Shown one piece after another: positions 49,523-59,622 of a stretch of 64,000 nt of DNA; the stretch's first letter is position 1; each line of letters starts with the position of its first letter. The translations under genes were made by a program, and so were the position numbers. This DNA is from Thermodesulfobacteriota bacterium (GTDB taxonomy: Bacteria; Desulfobacterota; Desulfarculia; JACQYL01). The notes under the pieces are model-generated. The model searched no databases and was not told the origin of the DNA. It saw only the letters and a list, made by a program, of their open reading frames with translations. Location: contig CAXXLZ010000002.1 of assembly GCA_963675595.2 (NCBI GenBank), forward strand, positions 3,680,001-3,744,000, given 5' to 3'.

Positions 49523-50122
49523 TCAGTCGGTTTCGGAATCCCGGCGCAGACCGGCCACAAAGATATCGCTGATTTGCTTCGCAGCCACCTCGGGGGTGTA
49601 GGACCGTTTCGAGGAGAGAACCCAGTAACGGGACATCTCGTCCAGCGCCCCGAAAAAGGCCCTTTGAGCGATACTTGGGACGGCGTCCTTGCGGAAGACC
49701 CCTTGTTCCTGCCCTTCCCGGATGATTTCCGAGATGAGATGGAGGTATTCCCGGAACTGCTCGTTTCTATATTCCTTCATGAACTTGCTGCTTTGGCGTA
49801 TTTCCACTTGAATGACTTCAGCGAGCTCTTTGTCGGATTGCACGAGTTCGAGATGGACTTTTGCGAACCGGCGGATTCTTTCCACAGGATCGTCCAGGGA
49901 AGCGAGCTGCTCTTTCATGCGGTGGAGAATCTTCTCCATTTCCACTTCAAAGAGGCTGATGAGGATATCGTCTTTGTTTTGGAAGTAGAGGTAGATGGTG
50001 CCGTCGGCGACCTGCGCCTCCTTGGCGATTTCGGACACCTTGGCGTTGTAGAAGCCTTTCTTGGCGAAGACCTTGACAGCGGCATTGATGATGCGGTTAT
50101 ATTTATCCGTATTTCGCTTCAT
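49523..50122 (-). CDS. TetR-family regulator (FadR/YsiA-like)
   Basis: IAKEAQVADGTIYLYFQNKDDIL HTH; first gene of the etf operon. Confidence 0.92.
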   Translation of the reverse strand: MKRNTDKYNRIINAAVKVFAKKGFYNAKVSEIAKEAQVADGTIYLYFQNKDDILISLFEVEMEKILHRMKEQLASLDDPVERIRRFAKVHLELVQSDKELAEVIQVEIRQSSKFMKEYRNEQFREYLHLISEIIREGQEQGVFRKDAVPSIAQRAFFGALDEMSRYWVLSSKRSYTPEVAAKQISDIFVAGLRRDSETD

Positions 50123-50146
50123 GGCATTTTGCGGCGGGGAGTGTTT

Positions 50147-50166
50147 ATGAATGATTGTTCATTCAT
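50147..50166. promoter_or_regulatory. Palindromic TetR operator (FadR-box-like)
   Basis: ATGAATGA-TTGT-TCATTCAT perfect inverted repeat overlapping the predicted start of transcription. Confidence 0.8.
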
Positions 50167-50170
50167 GAGG

Positions 50171-50199
50171 AATGTAGCCCAGCGCCCCAACCCTGTCAA
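50171..50199 (-). promoter_or_regulatory. Sigma70 promoter of tetR-etfB-etfA
   Basis: TTGACA-N17-TACATT on the minus strand. Confidence 0.78.
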
Positions 50200-50232
50200 G
50201 TTTTTTTTCCCTTTCGGCATGCCCTTAATCCA

Positions 50233-51114
50233 ATGACTCGTCCCCACAAACAGTGGCATGTCTTCACCGTTTCCGCACCCGCGGAACTGGAAGATGCTTT
50301 CTCCGTCCTCCTCTTGGAGGAAGGATTCCAAGGCGTTCTGGTGGATTCGGGACCCGACGGGAGCGTCGTTCTTACCGTTTATGCCGAAAAAGACGGTACG
50401 GAGGCCCCCCGAAGCAGAGTCCGACGCGTTCTCCAAGCCGTGGCCGATGCCTTTCCCGACTCCCGTCCCGCCGGCCTTTCCGAGTCGAGTCTCGAAGATG
50501 AAAACTGGGCCGAGAACTGGAAGCAATATTTTCTCCCCTTCAAGCCGGCTTCCCGTGTGGTCATCCGACCTTCGTGGATTCCCCATGAGGGCGCTCCGGA
50601 CGAGATCGTGCTCACCATTGATCCCGGGCGAGCCTTCGGTACGGGTCAACACGAGACCACCGCCCTGTGCGTGGAACGACTCGAAATCCTCCAAACCTCC
50701 GGCCCGCCTCGTCGCCGAGTGCTGGACGCGGGTACCGGTACGGGTATTCTCGCCATGGCCGCGGCGCGGTTGGGAGCCTCCCGCGTTCTCGCCGTGGACA
50801 TTGATCCCGAAGCGGTTTCCGCGGCCCGAAAGAACGTGGAGATCAACGGACTGAATGATCGGGTCGAGGTGTCCGATCGTGGGCTCGATACGTTGGATGA
50901 ATCTTTCGATCTGGTGGTGGCGAACCTCGACAAGCGGACCCTGCTGGAAACGGCGTCCTGCCTGACCCGCTTGATCGCGCCCGGAGGCGTGCTTCTGCTT
51001 TCGGGGATTCTGCTGGATCAGGAATCGGATGTGAGAGACGGATTCGGGGGATTCAAGCTGGTGGAAAGGCGGTCCCGGGGAGAATGGGTGTGCCTGGAGC
51101 TATCGGCGGTCTGA
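50233..51114 (+). CDS. prmA: Ribosomal protein L11 methyltransferase
   Basis: ENWAENWK, IDPGRAFGTGQHETT and LDAGTGTGIL motifs. Confidence 0.93.
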   Translation: MTRPHKQWHVFTVSAPAELEDAFSVLLLEEGFQGVLVDSGPDGSVVLTVYAEKDGTEAPRSRVRRVLQAVADAFPDSRPAGLSESSLEDENWAENWKQYFLPFKPASRVVIRPSWIPHEGAPDEIVLTIDPGRAFGTGQHETTALCVERLEILQTSGPPRRRVLDAGTGTGILAMAAARLGASRVLAVDIDPEAVSAARKNVEINGLNDRVEVSDRGLDTLDESFDLVVANLDKRTLLETASCLTRLIAPGGVLLLSGILLDQESDVRDGFGGFKLVERRSRGEWVCLELSAV

Positions 51115-51881
51115 GACGGTTTTACGCGCCCCCGGAGCAGATTCGGGAGGACCGGGCTCTGCTCCTGGACGAGGAGGCTCGTCACGTCCGAGTGACTCTG
51201 CGTATGAATCCGGGCGATGAACTGGCCGTTCTGGACGGTATGGGCCGCGCTTATCGAGGCCGCATCGAGGCCCTGGGCAAAGACCGGGTGGTGGTTCGCA
51301 TCGAAGATTCGGTACGACGTGAAGAAGCGCCCCGTTTTCGTTTCACTCTTGCCTCGGCGCTTATCCGCAACGAAAAGATGAAATGGGTTCTGCAGAAGGC
51401 GACGGAACTGGGCGTCACGTCGATCCGACCCTTTGTCTCCCAGCGATGTGTGGCCCGGAGCGGCGGCCCTTCCTGGATGGAAAGAAACCGAAGAATTTTG
51501 GTGGATGCCGTGAAGCAGTGCGGGCGGTTGGTCTTGCCCGAGTTGTTCGAGCCCGTGGCATTCGAAGAACTCATTGCGGCTCGCAGTGATGCGGATTCGC
51601 GCATTCTTCTGTGGGAAGGAGTCTGCGAACCGTTGAAAAATATCCTGAGTCGGCTGAACCGTCCCGAACACGTCCTGGCCGTGGTGGGGCCCGAAGGCGG
51701 TTTCACTCCGGAGGAGGTTCGGCTGGCGACGTCCGAGGGGTTCGCCGTGGCTAGCCTGGGCGCCGGCGTCCTGCGGGCGGAGACCGCCGCCGTTGCTTTG
51801 GCCGGGATACTAGGGTACGAATTCGGGGATCCGGTTCGGCAGGATTCCACCGAAGACACTGGGCTGGAGGAGGAAACATGA
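51084..51881 (+). CDS. rsmE: 16S rRNA m3U1498 methyltransferase
   Basis: QKATELGV, KQCGR, VGPEGGF and LRAETA motifs; exact start uncertain. Confidence 0.93.
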   Translation: MGVPGAIGGLRRFYAPPEQIREDRALLLDEEARHVRVTLRMNPGDELAVLDGMGRAYRGRIEALGKDRVVVRIEDSVRREEAPRFRFTLASALIRNEKMKWVLQKATELGVTSIRPFVSQRCVARSGGPSWMERNRRILVDAVKQCGRLVLPELFEPVAFEELIAARSDADSRILLWEGVCEPLKNILSRLNRPEHVLAVVGPEGGFTPEEVRLATSEGFAVASLGAGVLRAETAAVALAGILGYEFGDPVRQDSTEDTGLEEET

Positions 51882-53176
51882 AGTGTCCAAAGTGTGGCTA
51901 TACTTCCTTTGATTACCTGGAGTCCTGCAAGAAATGCCATGCGGACCTTTTTGACGCCCGCGACTCCCTGGGGATGACCGATTTGCCTTCCGAAGTTTCT
52001 CCGGATGTGTTGCGGTTTCCCCGTGTGTTTCCCGAGTCTTCGGAAGAACCCGAGCAGGCCGAGGAAATTCGGACGGAGGACCGGGATGAGCCTGGAATTC
52101 CCGAAGAGCCCTCATCTTCGGAGACCCTCGAAGAGGACTGGATCGAACTTCCCGAAAGCGACGTGGTGGAAGCGGTGGGATTTCCCACTGAGGAACCCGT
52201 TGAGTACGTTGGAAAAAGCCCCGTGGAAAACCTCGAACCTGCCGACGTCTCGGTCTCGGCCGTTGCCGTGGAAGGGCTTGACGTCGGATCGCCCTCCGAG
52301 TTTGAGGATGATTTCTTGAACGCATTCCCCGAGGAAGTCCCGGAAGAGGCGGTGGAGGAAGCACCGGAAGAGACGGCCGACAAAGTTCTGGTGGAGGCGC
52401 CCGAAGAAGTCGTGGAAGAGATCGAGCAAGTCCCGGATGAGTTCTCTGCCGTGCTCTTGAACGGGATTGCGGAGGAGCCCGGCGGTCGGCTCGCCGAGGC
52501 CGAAGAAGTCGAGCCTATCAAAGACGAGTTCTCAACGGAAACCGTCTGCCCCTCTTCCGAACCCTCTTTGGAAGGTCCTTCGGCATTTACCCCCGAGATA
52601 TTTTCGGAAGCCGCGCCCGAAGAAGTTTTCGAGGAGACTGAATTTGAGGAGCCTCAAGGTTTCGAGGTCGAGGACGAAACCGGAACCGAAACGGAAGAAA
52701 TCGAGAGGGGGGCCGAGCGCCTACAGGCTTTCGAGGAGATCGATCTGGATTTTGTTTCCGAGGAGGACTTGTTGCTCGAGGATTCCGATGATGATGAGGA
52801 GACGGGCCTGGAAGCCGATTCCCGGGAAATCGGGGATTCCCTGGAAACCGACGACTCCGAAGAAGGGTTCGACTTCATCGAGTATGAGGACGAGGATGAA
52901 ACCTTGGCCGAGCTCAGGGGGTCGGTGATGGACTCGGATGTCTCCCAAGAGATAGCCGGTGCGTCCGAACAAGGTCCCGTATCGGCCGAAGCGTCCGACC
53001 CGGACCTGGCTATGCTGGTGAGTGAGGTCACGGGCGCCGCGGATTCGGAAGTCGAAAGGAGACCGTTCGATCCAGGGAGCGGACGAAAGCCGGCCAGGGA
53101 ATTCGTGCTGGACGATCCTTTCGAGCTGTCCGACGAAGAAATTCTGGCGGTGATTCCCGATCTGGACGACGAGTAA
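51878..53176 (+). CDS. Highly acidic low-complexity protein with N-terminal Zn ribbon
   Basis: MKCPKCGYTSFD...CKKC followed by a long Glu/Asp-rich region; strong RBS. Confidence 0.8.
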   Translation: MKCPKCGYTSFDYLESCKKCHADLFDARDSLGMTDLPSEVSPDVLRFPRVFPESSEEPEQAEEIRTEDRDEPGIPEEPSSSETLEEDWIELPESDVVEAVGFPTEEPVEYVGKSPVENLEPADVSVSAVAVEGLDVGSPSEFEDDFLNAFPEEVPEEAVEEAPEETADKVLVEAPEEVVEEIEQVPDEFSAVLLNGIAEEPGGRLAEAEEVEPIKDEFSTETVCPSSEPSLEGPSAFTPEIFSEAAPEEVFEETEFEEPQGFEVEDETGTETEEIERGAERLQAFEEIDLDFVSEEDLLLEDSDDDEETGLEADSREIGDSLETDDSEEGFDFIEYEDEDETLAELRGSVMDSDVSQEIAGASEQGPVSAEASDPDLAMLVSEVTGAADSEVERRPFDPGSGRKPAREFVLDDPFELSDEEILAVIPDLDDE

Positions 53177-53234
53177 TGGGATCACCGAAGCACCGGCTTT
53201 CCGGAATTGAACAAAGGCTCGAATCCTTGTTAGG

Positions 53235-53714
53235 ATGACATGTATGAAAATATGTAAGCTGCTTCATCCCGAACAGGTGATCCTGGACGCCCGAGCTCCG
53301 GACAAGGAAGCGGCGCTTCGCATGACGGCCGAGATATTGTCCGACAAGGGAGTGGTCGAACACCCCGAGCGGCTCTATGAAGAGCTCAGGGCCAGGGAGG
53401 GGGTCATGAGCACCGGCATCGGGGGAGGTTTCGCAGTGCCTCACGCGGCCAGTGATGAAGCCGGTGAAACGGGTCTTCTGCTTCTCCGCTTGGCCGGACC
53501 GGTGGACTTTCAGTCCATCGACGAGAAACCTGTGGACGTCATTTTGGCCGTAGTCGTCCCACGGGATTACCGGTCCCTACATCTTCAAATTCTTGCCGCT
53601 ATTTCGAGGCTTTGCCGCAAGACGGATTTTTTGGAGGCCGTGCGAAAGGCTCGAGATCCTGAGGCCCTTCTTCGGGACATTGAGGTCCTGGAGGAGCGGA
53701 TCGCGTTTCATTAG
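53235..53714 (+). CDS. PTS EIIA (Ntr/fructose-type) domain protein
   Basis: REGVMSTGIGGGFAVPHA and FQSIDEKPV motifs. Confidence 0.9.
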   Translation: MTCMKICKLLHPEQVILDARAPDKEAALRMTAEILSDKGVVEHPERLYEELRAREGVMSTGIGGGFAVPHAASDEAGETGLLLLRLAGPVDFQSIDEKPVDVILAVVVPRDYRSLHLQILAAISRLCRKTDFLEAVRKARDPEALLRDIEVLEERIAFH

Positions 53715-53751
53715 AAAATTTTTTTCTTTTTTCTCGGACTGGATCCACCGG

Positions 53752-54150
53752 ATGCATTTACTATTCGTGGTGATGAACAACGAAGAACTCCTGGACGACC
53801 TCATAACCGGATGGCTGGACATGGGCATTACCGGGGCCACGGTGGTGGAGTCCACGGATTCGGTCCAACTGATCAGTTCGCATGTGCCCATTTTCGCGGG
53901 GTTTCGGGCCCTGACCAGCGGCGGCGTCCCTCATAACAAGACCATCTTCACCGTGGTGGAAACCGACGAGTTGTTGGAGCGGGCCGTCGAATACCTGAAT
54001 CACATTTGTGACGATGTGTGTGTTCCTCACCAAGGCGTTTATTTCGCGGTTCCCCTGACTCGATTCGGGCGGCTGGGGGAGGAACAGGACCCCGAGGAGA
54101 ACCGGCGTCACCTTGAGAAGAAATTGGGCAAACCCATCAAGTCGGATTGA
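53752..54150 (+). CDS. PII-like small protein
   Basis: GITGATVVES...VPIFAG...NKTIFTVV motif. Confidence 0.7.
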   Translation: MHLLFVVMNNEELLDDLITGWLDMGITGATVVESTDSVQLISSHVPIFAGFRALTSGGVPHNKTIFTVVETDELLERAVEYLNHICDDVCVPHQGVYFAVPLTRFGRLGEEQDPEENRRHLEKKLGKPIKSD

Positions 54151-54242
54151 CGAGTCGCGAAACTTCCGCACTTAGTCGGGGGCGCTTCCCCGAATCTCTC
54201 TGTGTACTTTCCAAAGACGATGTCTTACTTTCCCGGGCCGAC

Positions 54243-55604
54243 TCACCGTTTGTTGGTTTCCTTCACCATGTTCAGCACGGCTTTGAACGTGATGGGCCCC
54301 GCCATCTGGTTGATGGTGATGGCGGCAAGCACAATGGTGGTGAGGTAAAGCCCCATTTCGGGAAACTGCCGTTCCGTAAGCCGGGCCAGTCCGATGGCGA
54401 CCCCCGCTTGGGTGAGATAGGCCATCCAGGCAAAACGATTATGCAGGGGGGGATCCTGGGACAGCGTGCCCGCCAGCCACGATCCTCCCAGCAGCCCCAC
54501 GGTACGAACCGCGGCCAGACCAACGGCCAGCGGCCATGTTTTCAGCAGCGCTCCCAAGTCGAGGGCCGCTCCCGCCAGAGCGAAGAACAGGACGTAGACG
54601 GGCAGGGAAAACCGGTCCAGGCTTTCCAGAAAATCGGGTCCCGTCCTGCTGAAGTTCTGCACCGTGAAACCGGCGCTCATGCAGATGAGCAGAGGCTCAA
54701 GGGTCATGGAAACATGTAGAAGGTCATGAACCCAGTGCTCGAACCAGATGGAAACGCGGGTTACGCTGAAAGCGAAAAGCAACAGGAACAACGGGATGTC
54801 TTTTCCGATGCGGTCGATGTAGAGGGCGATGGCTTTGCCCAGCAGCAGTCCGATGACCAGGGCACCCAGAATTTCCGGGAGAACGGCGACCATGGAGACC
54901 CACATTCCCGGACTTTGGGGCAGCAGCATGGTTTTCGCCGCCGACAGCACAACGGTGAACAGGACGATAATGACCACGTCCATGGCCACGGTCACACCCA
55001 GTACGGTCTCCGTGAACACGCCCTTGGCTCGGGTTTCGCTGATAACGGCAATGGCGGAGGAAGGGGAACGGGCTACCGCCGCCACACCCAGAAGCATGGC
55101 CAGGGCTGCGGTTTGGGACGAGGAAAGCTCGGAAAAGGAGCCGAACAGGGACGCGGTGAGCATGAAGAATCCGCAAGTCAATGCGAAGATAAAGAAGGTC
55201 TGGAACGACAAGTTGAGCAATATGGCCTTCATTCGTTCCTTGAGGAAGTCCCAACGAAGCATGCCTCCGGCGGAAAGGGCGATGAAGCTGAGGGCGAGTT
55301 CGTCGACGAGCTTGAGGTTCTCCACCAAATCTTTGGTGAGCAACCCGGCAACGTGAGGTCCTGAGACGATTCCGGCGAACAGATAGCCGGTGAGCAAGGG
55401 AAGCCCCAACGTCTTGAACATCTGAGCGCAGGCGTATGCGGCCAGGAGCACGAAGCCCAGGGAGAAATCCACCAGGCCGGTGTACTGACGATGGACGGTT
55501 ATTTCGATACCTCCCGCGATCCACCAAGCCAGAGCGACCAGACCGGTCAAGGCAAGAAAATAGGGAATCAAGGGAGCGGGTTTAGTCTTTGCCGGTGTCT
55601 TCAT
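54243..55604 (-). CDS. Cation:proton antiporter (CPA2-like)
   Basis: Multi-TM; TGYLFAGIVSGP, FFALAG and QAGVAIGL motifs. Confidence 0.85.
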   Translation of the reverse strand: MKTPAKTKPAPLIPYFLALTGLVALAWWIAGGIEITVHRQYTGLVDFSLGFVLLAAYACAQMFKTLGLPLLTGYLFAGIVSGPHVAGLLTKDLVENLKLVDELALSFIALSAGGMLRWDFLKERMKAILLNLSFQTFFIFALTCGFFMLTASLFGSFSELSSSQTAALAMLLGVAAVARSPSSAIAVISETRAKGVFTETVLGVTVAMDVVIIVLFTVVLSAAKTMLLPQSPGMWVSMVAVLPEILGALVIGLLLGKAIALYIDRIGKDIPLFLLLFAFSVTRVSIWFEHWVHDLLHVSMTLEPLLICMSAGFTVQNFSRTGPDFLESLDRFSLPVYVLFFALAGAALDLGALLKTWPLAVGLAAVRTVGLLGGSWLAGTLSQDPPLHNRFAWMAYLTQAGVAIGLARLTERQFPEMGLYLTTIVLAAITINQMAGPITFKAVLNMVKETNKR

Positions 55605-56799
55605 CTTGCTTTCCGAAAAGCAGTTGGTTCAGTCCGTAAGGACTCAGGAAGAACGTGAGAATAATGGCCGGAAGGACGACGCTCACGGCGCGGGTCCCGG
55701 CAGGGCCTTGGAATCCCTGAGAGAAGTCGAGGAGTATGGCGAGGGAAAGTCCGCCCATGTCCAGCAGGCCCAATCCCAACTGCGGGGAAATTTCACGAAG
55801 TCCCATGAATAGACGGGGAATCAGAACCCCCGCCGCCACTTTGGACATGATGCGAACCAGGCAATAAGCGCCTCCCAGAGCGAGCCATAAACCGGAGCCG
55901 CTCTTCCACGAAACGCCCAGGAAGAGCAGAATCAACAGGTAGACGGGTTTTTCCACGGTGGTCAGAATTTGATAAATGCGTTCCTTTTCTCGGGAGAGGT
56001 TCACCATGCAGACGCCCACGAAAAAGTTGGCGATCAGTGGGGAAAGGTTCAGCACGGATGCGGCGCCGCTGGTAAGCACCGCCAGGCCCACGGCCGCCAG
56101 GATGAGTTCGCTTTGGGTCATTCTCTTTCCCAGGAGAAGCAGAAAGACCGCGGTCAGTCCCAATCCCAAGCTCAGGCTTACAGCCAGGTCCTTGCCGATC
56201 TGGAAAAGCCAATCCGAGGAGTCCATGGAGGCGGAGCGAAGGGCGAATGCAAGACCGAAAAACAGGAGCGCGACGAACCCGTCGAGGCCGGCGATGGTTT
56301 GCAGCAGACGGACCAGGGAAGTACGGGTCGTTTCTCGGGAGCGGACCATCAGCGAAAGCACCGATTGGCCGGTACATGCGGCCACGGCCGCCAGCGTCAG
56401 CGAGACGGACAAACGGGGTCCCTCCGCCATGGAACGGACCAGGGGCAGCACCGTATAGGCTGCGAGAAACACGGACACCAAGGTGAAAAGAACCTGGAAA
56501 TTGGCGGCGGCCAGATATTCGAAGGGTAAACGACGAAGTTTGGACACTTCGAATTGAAACCCGAACAAGAGTCCCACCCAGCCAAGAAGGAGCGCGGTCA
56601 AAGGGGCCAGACCTCGCTGGGTCTCTTCGTCCACCACGTTCAAAAAGGCGGGTCCCAGGAGCAGTCCCAGGAACAGAAACTCGATGCCGGTGAAATGGAC
56701 ACGGACCGCCGCAAAGGGCAGGCGGAAGCCGCGAAAAGACATCCGATACCCGATGAAGGCGAGACTCACCACAAGCAGAAGCACAAACACGGCTTTCAT
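55582..56799 (-). CDS. Cation:proton antiporter-like membrane protein
   Basis: Multi-TM; GLLLGP, GWVGLLFG and LSPL motifs; overlaps the downstream antiporter. Confidence 0.75.
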   Translation of the reverse strand: MKAVFVLLLVVSLAFIGYRMSFRGFRLPFAAVRVHFTGIEFLFLGLLLGPAFLNVVDEETQRGLAPLTALLLGWVGLLFGFQFEVSKLRRLPFEYLAAANFQVLFTLVSVFLAAYTVLPLVRSMAEGPRLSVSLTLAAVAACTGQSVLSLMVRSRETTRTSLVRLLQTIAGLDGFVALLFFGLAFALRSASMDSSDWLFQIGKDLAVSLSLGLGLTAVFLLLLGKRMTQSELILAAVGLAVLTSGAASVLNLSPLIANFFVGVCMVNLSREKERIYQILTTVEKPVYLLILLFLGVSWKSGSGLWLALGGAYCLVRIMSKVAAGVLIPRLFMGLREISPQLGLGLLDMGGLSLAILLDFSQGFQGPAGTRAVSVVLPAIILTFFLSPYGLNQLLFGKQDEDTGKD

Positions 56800-57377
56800 C
56801 CTTTCATGGATACCTCAAACAGTGAATGGGAATCCAGAACTAAGATGAAAGACGGCTCCTCCGATTCGGAGTCGAGGCCTTCGAGCCGCTCTCGGACGGC
56901 GGAAAATCCGGGAAGCCGAATTCGAGGAACATTTAGGGTGCGTCGGAGGCAAGACGCGACGGAAGGCGGGAGCCGCGCGGAGGTGGGATTTGGCGAATTA
57001 AGGTTTGCACGGTCTGCAACGGATCGGGTATTTGTTGAGGCGGAAAGTTGTCCGGCGGGACACGGTCGCGTCTTGGGGGAGGGACCTTGTGGGAATCCCC
57101 TCGTGGAGGATCCTGCCGCGCGTGACGAGATCAGGGAAGCGTTCACAAAAAGGTGGGCTCGGTTTCAGGCTGTCCGAGTGCCGGGTTTCTTGTCGTTTTG
57201 CAGGAGTATTTGACAGTCAAAAGGCCGTTTGAGAAGAGAGTCCTTTGTTGGGCGCTTAAATTCTCCTAATATCAAGACGATATGGGGTCTTTATGCGCCG
57301 GTGGCGGGCACGAAACTTGCTCTTGTTATAAAAGAGCGCTCTGTCGAAGATTGACTTCCCACCACGGAGGACCCGTC

Positions 57378-57803
57378 ATGAATATGGGTGACGCGCTGAC
57401 CCGGATCAGAAAATTACCCTATCTCACCCTTCCGGGAACCGCGACCATGGAGGAGGCCGTCTGCCGCCTCTCCGAGAATCAGCACCTCCGCGGCATTTAT
57501 GTCGTGGACGAAGACGGAAGATTAACCGGTAATCTTACCCTGGGTGTGCTGGTGAAAAACTTGATCAGCACTTCCGACGTTGTGCGGCATTCCATTCGAT
57601 CTCACAACGGTCGGGCCCACCATGACCAACTCTCGGAAATCGTGAGCAAATATGTGATTTACGCCAAGGCCGAAGACGACTCGGCGAAGATTCTCCAGCG
57701 GATGGTGGACTACGGTCTCAAGGAAATCCCGGTGTTGGACGATACCGGAAAAATCCTGGCCAATGTCGGCATCCTGGACTTGTGGCAGCTGGTGTCTCAC
57801 TGA
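57378..57803 (+). CDS. CBS-domain protein
   Basis: IYVVDEDGRLTG and IPVLDDTGKIL CBS pair; GGAGG RBS. Confidence 0.85.
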   Translation: MNMGDALTRIRKLPYLTLPGTATMEEAVCRLSENQHLRGIYVVDEDGRLTGNLTLGVLVKNLISTSDVVRHSIRSHNGRAHHDQLSEIVSKYVIYAKAEDDSAKILQRMVDYGLKEIPVLDDTGKILANVGILDLWQLVSH

Positions 57804-58223
57804 TCCGAAGGATTGGTGGGTTCCTAAAACACGAGTCGTCCCGAGGTTACGGAACGAGAATCCGGCTGTGGAGCGTCCCAAAGAGACGTGCGGGAAACCG
57901 CAGGTTTCCCGCACGAGGAGGATGGAAGAAGGGGAATTTCGGACGTTTGCAGTATTGCGCCCTCAGACCGGCTGAAACGCCCTGGGGATTATCCGGCCTG
58001 CAGAATCTCAGAGTACCAATCCGACTCATTCGGTTAAATACAGGGAGTGCCCCATTTGACTCTCCTTTGCACTCTAGTCGAGGGGAGACAAAAGTCCCCG
58101 TCTTCAGGAACCCGTCCGATTCAGGAAAGGATTCGACGACTTGCCCGACATTACCGATCCAAACACGTTTTGGCCGCCCGCAGTCCAGGCCGTTTCGACA
58201 TCGGTTGGAACCGGAGGAATATC

Positions 58224-59573
58224 ATGTATTCGACCTTGGTGAAGGGTGCGGCGGTCCTGGTGCTGGCGTGGCTGGGACTTACGGCCTCCGCTCCGAACGC
58301 AACGGCACAGAGCTCATCCCCGGAAACTTCCCATAAGAGCTCCTGGTGGGAGCGCTGGTTCGGCGAAGATCGTTTGGATTGGGGAGGCCACCTGAAGAAC
58401 CGGGTCACCCTTTCTCTACCGTCCGACGACGGTCTTTTGACGGCCGGAGAAACCGATCCTCTTTGGGACGAGCAGGCCGAGCTCCGACTCAAGGCGGCCT
58501 ATCATGTTACTCCGGACATCACTCTGGAGGTCCACAACGAGACTTACTATTTGGCGAGCGGGACCAAACGAGCGCTTTCCTTGCTGGGAGGCTCGGCGGG
58601 TTTGTATCCCGGTGTCGGCCTGAACGACGACAGACGACTGCTGGACCTCACCTGGAACATCGAGGAAGACCGGGACGAGCTGTGGCTGACCCGCTTCGAT
58701 CGCCTGTTTTGCACCCTGGATTACTCCGATGGGTATTTGAGGGTGGGACGCCAAGCCATTACGTGGGGTCACGGCCTGCTGTTCAATCCCATGGACGTGT
58801 TCAGTCCTTTCGCCCCCACCACCTTGGATCGGGACTATAAGCAGGGCGAGGATGCCGTGCTTTTCGAACATCGTTTGGGAGAGAGCCTGGGGGACGTTAC
58901 TCTTCTCCAGGTGTTCCGGCGGGACCCCGATTCGGAAGACGCCGAATGGAGCCAATTTTCGCTGGCAGGGAAATACCATACGTTTATTCCCGGCACACAG
59001 ACCGAGGTGACCTGCATTGCGGGTAAACATTTCGAAGATTTGGTGTTTGGTGCGGGGCTCGTGGGGTATTTGGGGGGGGCGGCATGCAGGTTGGACGCCA
59101 CGCTGACACGGTTGCAGGGTGGAGATACCTTCTCGAGCATGACGGCCAACCTGGATTATGCTTGGATGTGGTGGGGCAAGAACCTCTATGGCTGGGTGGA
59201 AGTTTACTACAACGGACTTGGACAGGGACGAAAGGACTACGAAGACGCCTGGAACCGGGAATCGGTTCGGGAGCGTCTCGATCGAGGAGAACTCTTTGTG
59301 CGGGGTCGTTGGTATCTGGACACTCAGGTGCGCATCGAATTGCACCCCCTGGTGAATCTTTACGTGAACACCATCACCAACCTGCTGGATCCGAGCGGAA
59401 TCGTGCAGCCTTACATCACCTGGGACGTTACCCAGAACGTGGGCCTCCACCTGGCGGGAACATTCTACTGGGGGGCGGAGGAGACGGAATACGGAGGAGT
59501 CCCGGTGCCGGGTACCCAATGGACCGACAAGCCACCCACCACGCTATATTCGTGGGTCGCCTGGTACTTCTGA
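58224..59573 (+). CDS. Outer-membrane beta-barrel protein
   Basis: Signal peptide; GRQAITWG...FNPMD motif; C-terminal aromatic WYF. Confidence 0.8.
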   Translation: MYSTLVKGAAVLVLAWLGLTASAPNATAQSSSPETSHKSSWWERWFGEDRLDWGGHLKNRVTLSLPSDDGLLTAGETDPLWDEQAELRLKAAYHVTPDITLEVHNETYYLASGTKRALSLLGGSAGLYPGVGLNDDRRLLDLTWNIEEDRDELWLTRFDRLFCTLDYSDGYLRVGRQAITWGHGLLFNPMDVFSPFAPTTLDRDYKQGEDAVLFEHRLGESLGDVTLLQVFRRDPDSEDAEWSQFSLAGKYHTFIPGTQTEVTCIAGKHFEDLVFGAGLVGYLGGAACRLDATLTRLQGGDTFSSMTANLDYAWMWWGKNLYGWVEVYYNGLGQGRKDYEDAWNRESVRERLDRGELFVRGRWYLDTQVRIELHPLVNLYVNTITNLLDPSGIVQPYITWDVTQNVGLHLAGTFYWGAEETEYGGVPVPGTQWTDKPPTTLYSWVAWYF

Positions 59574-59622
59574 AAGTGCTTAGGAGAAGTCGGGTAGGCC
59601 GCGCCGGCGGGCCGTCGCCCAT

